This document shows positions 56,942 to 64,000 of a stretch of DNA of 64,000 nt, piece after piece (position 1 is the stretch's first letter; each line of letters starts with the position of its first letter). Origin of the DNA: a virus. The translations under genes and the position numbers were made by a program. The notes beneath the pieces were generated by a model. That model saw only the letters and a program-made list of their open reading frames with translations, was not told the origin of the DNA and made no database searches. Location: IMG/VR virus record IMGVR_UViG_3300035670_000062, positions 1-64,000 of that record; one strand, 5' to 3'.

Positions 56942-59308
56942 ATGGCTGATTCTGAAGAAATAGAAAGAAATAAAGCATTACAAGAATCATTAGATTTAAT
57001 GGATGAATTATTATTTGCAAGTAGGGATTTTACCTCAGAAGTTAGAAAAGTTGCTAAATTACATTTCCAAAATAATGAACAAGTAAATGCTACTGTAAAA
57101 GGATTTAGAGATATTTCAAAATCAGTAGCTTCATATTCTACTATTATTAAAGATGTTTATAAAGGAACAGCATCAATAAGAACTCTTGAAAAAGAACAAG
57201 AAAAATTTTTAAAAACTAGAAAAAACTTTGAAGTCGAATTCAATCAAGCTCTTGGTTCAATAAAACTCACAGAAGAACAAATTAATAAAATAAAAAAAGG
57301 ACAATTAGATGTATTTGCTGCTATAGGGGATAAGGGAAGTGAATTTGGAGATCAAACTAATAAGCTTACAGAAGTACAATTTTCACTTTTAGAATTATAC
57401 CAGGAACAATTAAGTATATTAAGGGAAGAGAATGAAGCAATGGAAGAGGCTTCTCGAAGAGCTAAAAATATTGAAGCATCTATGGGAGGGGTAGGAACTG
57501 CATTTGAAGGAATAGAAGGAGTCATGGATAAACTTGGACTTGGAAGTTTAAGTAAAAAAATGGGATTTGCTAAAGCACAAGCAGACATGAAAGAACTAGC
57601 AGCAGAGATTACAGATGGTGGAGATAGAAGTGCTACATTAGGAGAAAAATTTAAAATAGCAGGAGCAGGTATAAAATCCATGGCTTCAAGTTTAGCATCA
57701 GCTTTTGGACCTATGGCTATAGCATTGATTGTTATAACACAAATAGTAAAAGCATTTAAGGCATTAGATGAACAATCAGGAAAACTAGCTAAAAGTATGG
57801 GTATATCATATAATGAAGCAGTAAATCTAAATGCAGAATTTAGAGACATGGCTTCTAATTATGGAGATTCACTAGTTACTTCTAAAGATATAGCAGAGTC
57901 CCAATCTAAATTAAACGAATTATTTGGAACAGGAGTTAAATTTTCAGGAGAAATGGCTGCTGAATTCTCATCAGTCCAAAAAAGATTAGACTTGTCAGAT
58001 GAAGCTATGAAATTATTTACTAAAAATCAATTAATTTCTGGTAAAAGTATTAAAACTCAATTAAAAGATGTCAATGCTACTACATTAAAAATGAATGAAC
58101 AATATGGTTTAGGTTTAAGTTTTAAACAAGTTCAAGAAGGTATAAGCAAAGCATCTAACGCAGTACAATTAACAAATAAAGGAAATGTAAAAGAACTTAC
58201 AAAAGCTGTTTTTGCTGCTAAAAATTTAGGAGTAGAAATGTCTAAAGTAGAAGCTATATCAAACAGTTTATTAGATTTTGAATCTTCAATAGCATCTGAA
58301 CTTGAAGCTGAATTACTGTTAGGTAAAGACATAAATCTTGAAACAGCTAGACAAGCAGCATTACAAGGAGATGTAGCTAAAGTAGCTGATGAAGTTATGA
58401 AAAATAAAGCTATAATGAATGCTTTCGACACTAAAAATGTTATAGCACAAGAAGCAGCAGCTAAAGCATTAGGTATGAATAGAGATGAATTAGCTGACAT
58501 GATAATGCAACAAAAACAATTAGAAGGTATAAGAAAAAATGGCTTTGAAAATATGGCCGCTGCTCAGGAAGAATATAATAAATTAAGAGCACAAGGCATG
58601 TCTGCCGAGGAAGCAGCAGCTAAAATAGGAGATAAATCATTACAAGATCAACTAGAATCAGTGTCAGTAGCACAAAACCTTGAAGCAGTAATGGCTTCTA
58701 TACAAGAAATATTTGTAGGTATGGTTGAACCTATATTGATGGCAGTAAATTCAATGATAGAATTAGTTGGTGGAGCTGATAATTTGGCTGCTATATTAGT
58801 AACAATATTAGGTATTTACACAGCTATAAAATTAGCTATACTAGGAGCTAATATGGCGGCAACTATAGGATTAGCTCTTAAGAAAAAAGAAGTAAAAGAA
58901 GAAAAATCAAAAGCATTAGCATCAGCTGGCAGTATTACTTCAGCTTTTATTCTAAATCCAATAGCAGCAGGTATTGGATTAATAGCAGGATTAGCAGCAA
59001 CAGCCTTGGTTATTAGTCAAATGAAAGATGGTATGATTGATCCTAAAGGAGGAATGATAGTTTCAGGAGAAAAAGGTACAATCCAATTAGATAAAGAAGA
59101 TAGTATAATAGCAGGAACAAATTTATTTGGAGGAGGAAATGGAAAAAATCAAACATCAAATAACAATCAAGATAATTCTCAAATAATAGCCCTACTCCAA
59201 CAACAAAACCAACTACTGAGACAAATGTTATCTAAATCTACAACATTAGAAATGAATGGAGATAAAGTAGGTCAAGGTATCCAAAAGGCAGACAGAGCAA
59301 TACAATAA
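56942..59308 (+). CDS. Tail tape measure protein
   Basis: Long Ala/Gln-rich helical protein, LLDFESSIASELEAELLLG, follows chaperone pair. Confidence 0.8.
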   Translation: MADSEEIERNKALQESLDLMDELLFASRDFTSEVRKVAKLHFQNNEQVNATVKGFRDISKSVASYSTIIKDVYKGTASIRTLEKEQEKFLKTRKNFEVEFNQALGSIKLTEEQINKIKKGQLDVFAAIGDKGSEFGDQTNKLTEVQFSLLELYQEQLSILREENEAMEEASRRAKNIEASMGGVGTAFEGIEGVMDKLGLGSLSKKMGFAKAQADMKELAAEITDGGDRSATLGEKFKIAGAGIKSMASSLASAFGPMAIALIVITQIVKAFKALDEQSGKLAKSMGISYNEAVNLNAEFRDMASNYGDSLVTSKDIAESQSKLNELFGTGVKFSGEMAAEFSSVQKRLDLSDEAMKLFTKNQLISGKSIKTQLKDVNATTLKMNEQYGLGLSFKQVQEGISKASNAVQLTNKGNVKELTKAVFAAKNLGVEMSKVEAISNSLLDFESSIASELEAELLLGKDINLETARQAALQGDVAKVADEVMKNKAIMNAFDTKNVIAQEAAAKALGMNRDELADMIMQQKQLEGIRKNGFENMAAAQEEYNKLRAQGMSAEEAAAKIGDKSLQDQLESVSVAQNLEAVMASIQEIFVGMVEPILMAVNSMIELVGGADNLAAILVTILGIYTAIKLAILGANMAATIGLALKKKEVKEEKSKALASAGSITSAFILNPIAAGIGLIAGLAATALVISQMKDGMIDPKGGMIVSGEKGTIQLDKEDSIIAGTNLFGGGNGKNQTSNNNQDNSQIIALLQQQNQLLRQMLSKSTTLEMNGDKVGQGIQKADRAIQ

Positions 59309-59333
59309 TGTATTTATAATAAAACCAATAACT

Positions 59334-59561
59334 ATGTCATTACTAAATAAACTTCAAACACAAGGTTCTCCATTATCAAATAATGGTGTAACACCTTTAA
59401 CATCAGTATTTATTACAACTGGATCACCATTACATAATCAATATTCATTAAATGGTAATCCTACATTATCAGGAAAACCATCACCATCATTATTAGATAT
59501 GAATGGTCAAGTACCACCTTACAATTATGCAGACAATGCACCTGAAGGGGCTAGCTTTTAA
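59334..59561 (+). CDS. Small virion-associated hypothetical protein
   Basis: ORF track, TATTTATA upstream. Confidence 0.65.
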   Translation: MSLLNKLQTQGSPLSNNGVTPLTSVFITTGSPLHNQYSLNGNPTLSGKPSPSLLDMNGQVPPYNYADNAPEGASF

Positions 59562-61480
59562 TGAGTCTAATAACTAAAAATACAAATTTAAAATCATTAG
59601 GGTTTGGTAAGGATAGACCTGGTGGTGGGAGTAGTAATCAACCATACATCAAGTCAAAACCTGAATCTCAAACTCCAAATGAGGATTTTATCCTTAGAGG
59701 AGGACTTAGAGCACCTGAAAGAGCAGCTGAAGATTTAGAAAGAATGACTAAAATGTTATTCGATTTAAAATCACCTAAAGGATTATTATTCACTGTAAAA
59801 CAAAATTTATTATCTAGACTTTCCGTAGCCACTGAAGCCAGTATAGGACCTGCATATGGTAGTCCATCATTCATAAACACATCAACAAATGATTTACTAT
59901 GGACTAAATCAGCCGTAAATCAAGGTATTTACAACCCATTATCTTCCCTACTTCAAGTAAGTACAGGATATCTAGGCAACCACCTAAATACATTTGGTAT
60001 CAACCCATATTCGCCTTTAACTAACGTCATTGAAACTAATTTCTTACCTAATCTAGGATTAATTAGATATGAAGACGCAGTTAAACAAACTACTACTCTT
60101 ACTAAAAGAATAAAAGTTCAAGAGTATAAACAAGACCCCAATGGAAGAAAAGATAGTTTTCTAGGAACAATTCCTTACACTATAGTTTCATCTAATAAAA
60201 GAGTACCTATAGGTGAAAATGGTCAGCAAAATAGATTAATTTATCTATATGAAAAACATACAGCAATTAAATCAGAAAACCCAACATTATTAATAGAATA
60301 TAATGGTGGTCCTGGTGCTGTTATGGGAGTAGGTAAAACTCAAATTAAATTTTCAAGGGAACAAAGAACGGGTATAAATAATTTTAATTTAACAACTAAT
60401 CCATTTTTCCTTAAGGGAGGAATTGAATCATCTCCAACTTCAAGAGAAGATGACCTTAAAACAATAAATCTATTAGGATTATCAAAACTATCAAAACAAT
60501 CAGAATTATCTGAACCCCTTGAAGAAAATTTAACCTTAGATAAATACACTGGATATAATGAAGATTTCCAAAAAATTACAATAGAACCAGAAATAAAATC
60601 TGAACCAATAATTGTTGATTTTAGAGGATTATACCCATATAGTGATTCAAGTAAAGTAATTGAAGGAAATGATGGTTCAAGAATAAATCAAAGATCCCCA
60701 GGGAGAAAAGATGTTGAAGGTAAGACTTTAAATAAATATTCATTATCCAACAAACCAAAAGCAGTTGATAAAATAAATGCATATCCAATATATGAATCAC
60801 CACTAAGAACAAAAACAGAAACAGAAGATATTGGAAATGATTTAGTAAAATTCAGAATAGGAGTTATAAATGGTAATAAAAAAGAATATATCCATTTTAG
60901 AGCATTTATAGATTCATTTAGTGATTCATATTCAGGAAAATGGGACCCATTAAATTACATGGGAAGGGGAGAAAGTTTTTACAAATATGGTGGGTTTGAG
61001 AGAAATATAAGTCTTTCATTTACAGTAGCAGCCCAATCAAGAGCAGAATTAATACCACAATATCAAAAATTAAACTTTCTAGCTTCAACTTTAGCTCCTA
61101 ATTATGGAGGTTCTGATTATATGGGAGGTCAATTAATTTCTTTGACTATGGGTGGATGGTTATATGAACAAATAGGATTTATTTCTCAAATAACTTTAGA
61201 TGTTCCACAGGAATCCCCATGGGAAATAGGTATTGATGATGATGGGAATTATAGTAGAAATGAAAAAGACGAATATAATAAAACAGTTAAAGAATTACCT
61301 CACATAGTAAAAGTTACTGGTCTCCAATTCACTCCAATCCACTCATTTAGACCTGAAAAACAAAAAATTGATTTTAACGAAAGTGGAGATATAGAATCAT
61401 ATGGTGAACAAAGATTTATTGCTTTGGATGCAGGAAGGGAAGATACTAATGGTTGGAGTTATATCCCCCCAAAACCATAA
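59561..61480 (+). CDS. Tail/baseplate structural protein (tube-initiator-like C-terminal domain)
   Basis: FRAFIDSFSDSY...W....YMGRGE.FYKY.GFER.ISLSF. Confidence 0.65.
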   Translation: MSLITKNTNLKSLGFGKDRPGGGSSNQPYIKSKPESQTPNEDFILRGGLRAPERAAEDLERMTKMLFDLKSPKGLLFTVKQNLLSRLSVATEASIGPAYGSPSFINTSTNDLLWTKSAVNQGIYNPLSSLLQVSTGYLGNHLNTFGINPYSPLTNVIETNFLPNLGLIRYEDAVKQTTTLTKRIKVQEYKQDPNGRKDSFLGTIPYTIVSSNKRVPIGENGQQNRLIYLYEKHTAIKSENPTLLIEYNGGPGAVMGVGKTQIKFSREQRTGINNFNLTTNPFFLKGGIESSPTSREDDLKTINLLGLSKLSKQSELSEPLEENLTLDKYTGYNEDFQKITIEPEIKSEPIIVDFRGLYPYSDSSKVIEGNDGSRINQRSPGRKDVEGKTLNKYSLSNKPKAVDKINAYPIYESPLRTKTETEDIGNDLVKFRIGVINGNKKEYIHFRAFIDSFSDSYSGKWDPLNYMGRGESFYKYGGFERNISLSFTVAAQSRAELIPQYQKLNFLASTLAPNYGGSDYMGGQLISLTMGGWLYEQIGFISQITLDVPQESPWEIGIDDDGNYSRNEKDEYNKTVKELPHIVKVTGLQFTPIHSFRPEKQKIDFNESGDIESYGEQRFIALDAGREDTNGWSYIPPKP

Positions 61481-61535
61481 AGACATTTGGCTACCTCCTA
61501 ATTTCTTCTTATATTTATAACAAATAACAAACTAA

Positions 61536-61835
61536 TTGTCTAGATACTCTCAAATACCTCAAATTAAATCCCCTAATAGGAAATTAATGTATAAAAACAT
61601 TAAATATCCTCAAATACCAAGAAATATTAATGATATTTATGTTTACACTACTATAGGAGACAGATTTGATACTTTAGCATTACAATATTATAATGATTCT
61701 TCATTATGGTGGATTATATCAATTGCAAATGAATCATTACTTCAAGATTCTTTAATTCCCCCAATTGGGTCTCAAATTAGAATACCTACAAATTATTTAA
61801 ATATTTTAGATGAATTTAATAGAATAAACATATAA
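61536..61835 (+). CDS. LysM/gp53-like baseplate protein (TTG start)
   Basis: GDRFDTLALQYYNDSSLWWIISIAN...G.QIRIP. Confidence 0.85.
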   Translation: MSRYSQIPQIKSPNRKLMYKNIKYPQIPRNINDIYVYTTIGDRFDTLALQYYNDSSLWWIISIANESLLQDSLIPPIGSQIRIPTNYLNILDEFNRINI

Positions 61836-62187
61836 AAATAAACAAATAAACATGAAAAAATCAGAACTAAGACAAATCATTAAAGAAGAAATTTCTAAAG
61901 TATTAAAAGAAGATACAAATACTGAAGTCCAAATAACTCCATATTATGATTTTTATAAAATAATTTTTCCATCAGGATTCGAAGATGAATTTTTCGAATC
62001 TAAAGATGAAACTAAATTATTTACAGATACAATAATGGGAAACAACCATTATAATAAATTAATTGATAATTTAAAGAAGAACAATATTCCATATAAAGAA
62101 AGAAAAGCAAGATTAGATAATTCTGTTAGAATAGAAATACCTAGAACTTTATGAAATTAGATGAATTTAACAGAATAAACATATAAA
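61806..62187 (+). repeat. 31-bp direct repeats (61806-61836, 62157-62187) flanking one gene
   Basis: TTAGATGAATTTAA(T/C)AGAATAAACATATAAA, 30/31 identical. Confidence 0.9.
61852..62154 (+). CDS. Hypothetical protein, MKxSELR..IKE family
   Basis: ORF track. Confidence 0.7.
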   Translation: MKKSELRQIIKEEISKVLKEDTNTEVQITPYYDFYKIIFPSGFEDEFFESKDETKLFTDTIMGNNHYNKLIDNLKKNNIPYKERKARLDNSVRIEIPRTL

Positions 62188-62226
62188 GCCCTAAATAGGG
62201 CTTTTTTTATCTATTTATAATAAAAT
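62183..62226 (+). terminator. Terminator + TATTTATA motif, 43/44 identical to 56892-56935
   Basis: Direct comparison. Confidence 0.85.
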
Positions 62227-62231
62227 CAGGT

Positions 62232-63350
62232 ATGGCTAATATAATAGGAGAACCTTTTAAAGATTATGTAAATAGTCAAATTGAAGCTAGACAAGAAGTT
62301 CATGGTAAAATTTCTGATAGGACTATAGATGAAATTCAATATCTTAATTCAAGAAATGCTTGGATTAAAATGGCATCTGGTATAACTATAGATAAAGAAA
62401 GATTAGGCTATTTAAAAAAATCTAACCCACTAATCACAGATTCTATGTTAGGTAAAGAGTTAGCAATGAAATACATTTTATTTAATGGAATATCGACAGT
62501 AAGTCAAACATTAATAAATGATCCTAATGATTCAACCAAACAAATCCAGCAAGGAACATTATCTCAAAAGTCTGGTTTAAGTGATAAAAACTCTTCATAC
62601 GATTATACCTCTCAATTTAAATATTCTCCAATGCCTGGTATATTGAATGCTGATATAAGATGTATAAATAGAGGTTCAATCAAAAAAGCAACAATTAATA
62701 TTAAAGTTCATAATAAATATCAGTTAGATATAATTGATACTTTATATATGAGATTAGGATATACTGTAATGTTAGAATGGGGTTATGATAAATATTGGGA
62801 TGATAAAACTAAATCATTAGAAAAAATGGGTCCATCTTTAATAGACAATGAATATTGGCAAGATATATACAACAATACTGATTATTCAAAATGGTTACCT
62901 AAAATAGAAGAGAGAAGAAAGATATGTAGAGGAAATTATGATGGAATGATGGGTATGGTTACTAACTTTTCTTGGAATTTTAATAGTGATGGTAGTTATG
63001 ATGTTAAAATAGAAGTAATAAGTTTAGGAGATATCATAGAATCACTTAAAGTAAATTTACCTCCACTATCAACAGAAACAGACAAAAGTTTATACGCACA
63101 ATTTGCAACAAATAGTTTTGGAATATCTGCCGAAGTTCTAGAAGCATACAGAAATAGCCAAGATGAAAATTTCTTCTCTTTACTAGAAAAAAATAAGAGT
63201 AAAAACAGAATATATAATTATTTTTATAATATAAGAAAATACTACAATACTCTCCCACAATCAGATATAGAATATTATACAAATACAGGTGAAGAACGTT
63301 TCGATTATACAACCACCAAACCAATTCCTGGATTAAGTGGAGCAGGCTAA
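62232..63350 (+). CDS. Baseplate hub-like structural protein, N-terminal part
   Basis: PMPGI, GSIKKATI, LYMRLGYTVMLEWG, GNYDGMMG.VTNFSW...DGSYD. Confidence 0.7.
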   Translation: MANIIGEPFKDYVNSQIEARQEVHGKISDRTIDEIQYLNSRNAWIKMASGITIDKERLGYLKKSNPLITDSMLGKELAMKYILFNGISTVSQTLINDPNDSTKQIQQGTLSQKSGLSDKNSSYDYTSQFKYSPMPGILNADIRCINRGSIKKATINIKVHNKYQLDIIDTLYMRLGYTVMLEWGYDKYWDDKTKSLEKMGPSLIDNEYWQDIYNNTDYSKWLPKIEERRKICRGNYDGMMGMVTNFSWNFNSDGSYDVKIEVISLGDIIESLKVNLPPLSTETDKSLYAQFATNSFGISAEVLEAYRNSQDENFFSLLEKNKSKNRIYNYFYNIRKYYNTLPQSDIEYYTNTGEERFDYTTTKPIPGLSGAG

Positions 63351-63363
63351 ATAAAAAAATATA

Positions 63364-64000
63364 ATGAGTAAGAAAATAGAATTTAATATAAATAATATAG
63401 GACTTAATGAAATAGGTAAAACATTAAATCCAACTATAGAAGATACTTCCGAGAATGTGAGGAATAATTATATGAATGAATGGAATACTAATGTTACATA
63501 CCCCATATACACTCCCGAAATTGACTCATCAGATATAATAAAACTATTTATTAAAAATGAAGAAGAAAGTTTTTTTATTAGATTAGGTACTTTATTAGGA
63601 TTCATTAATGATAAAATAATTCCTAAGATAGAATCAACCTCCCAACCATTAATTACTATAGATACTGATGAAAAAACTAACATATGTTATGTTATAGATA
63701 ATATTATATCTAACGATATAAGAAAAGTAATAATAAAAAATGATAGATTTTATAATGGAACTGAAACTGAAGATTTTTTATTTACTGGGTTAAATGATTT
63801 TATAGTAGAAGAGTATGATAGTAGTACATTATATGGTCAAATAATGAACATTTATATAAATTTTAATGAAGTGTTAACGTTATTTGATAATGTAGATGAA
63901 AAAAATGAAATTAATTTATTTGAAATTTTATCCTCTATATGTAAAATGATAAATCAATGTTTAGGAAATGTAAATAATTTAGAACCTATAATTGATGAAG
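63364..64000 (+). CDS. Structural protein (partial, runs off the window)
   Basis: Open frame from ATG 63364 to the window end; FIRLGTLL motif. Confidence 0.7.
   Translation, partial: MSKKIEFNINNIGLNEIGKTLNPTIEDTSENVRNNYMNEWNTNVTYPIYTPEIDSSDIIKLFIKNEEESFFIRLGTLLGFINDKIIPKIESTSQPLITIDTDEKTNICYVIDNIISNDIRKVIIKNDRFYNGTETEDFLFTGLNDFIVEEYDSSTLYGQIMNIYINFNEVLTLFDNVDEKNEINLFEILSSICKMINQCLGNVNNLEPIIDE

Noticed and set aside
3183-63683. All minus-strand ORFs in the ORF track
   Set aside because: Short, antisense to well-supported + strand genes or tRNAs, with no recognisable motifs or start context
1-64000. Alternative genetic code (TAG/TGA recoding) as seen in some Bacteroidota phages
   Set aside because: Conserved genes are full length under code 11 and no CTA/TCA suppressor tRNA is present; the break at 23167 needs frameshifts, not readthrough

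Overview
This window is a very AT-rich 64-kb piece of a large T4-like (myovirus/jumbo-type) phage genome. Every credible gene is on the + strand. The host is almost certainly Bacteroidota: there are TTTG-N20-TAnnTTTA promoters, A-rich starts with no Shine-Dalgarno, and a T9SS C-terminal-domain protein. Gene order: tyrosine recombinase; replication/recombination and chaperone block (clamp, GroES/GroEL, short PolA, SSB, UvsX, FEN/RNase H, helicase, NrdB); a 1-kb non-coding repeat region; small early genes each behind a repeated promoter; a Prs-like + Nampt-like pair (NARP1-type NAD recovery), UvsE, ThyA, RNA and DNA ligases; 24 tRNA genes in two clusters with several unexplained structured RNAs; a T9SS-secreted adhesin-like gene; lysis genes; a gp55-like sigma factor; baseplate and tail genes. 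The strongest candidate new system is a 39-codon leader ORF (35689-35808) with mutually exclusive antiterminator/terminator hairpins directly before the 19-tRNA array. Its first 28 codons sample exactly the 17 amino acids and all 19 codon families of that array, which suggests a ribosome-stalling attenuator that turns phage tRNAs on when any host tRNA is depleted. A second candidate is a coiled-coil protein gene followed by a ~360-nt pseudoknotted ncRNA with phased GNNNTT hexamers. All calls come from reading the sequence by eye; no searches or folding programs were run.
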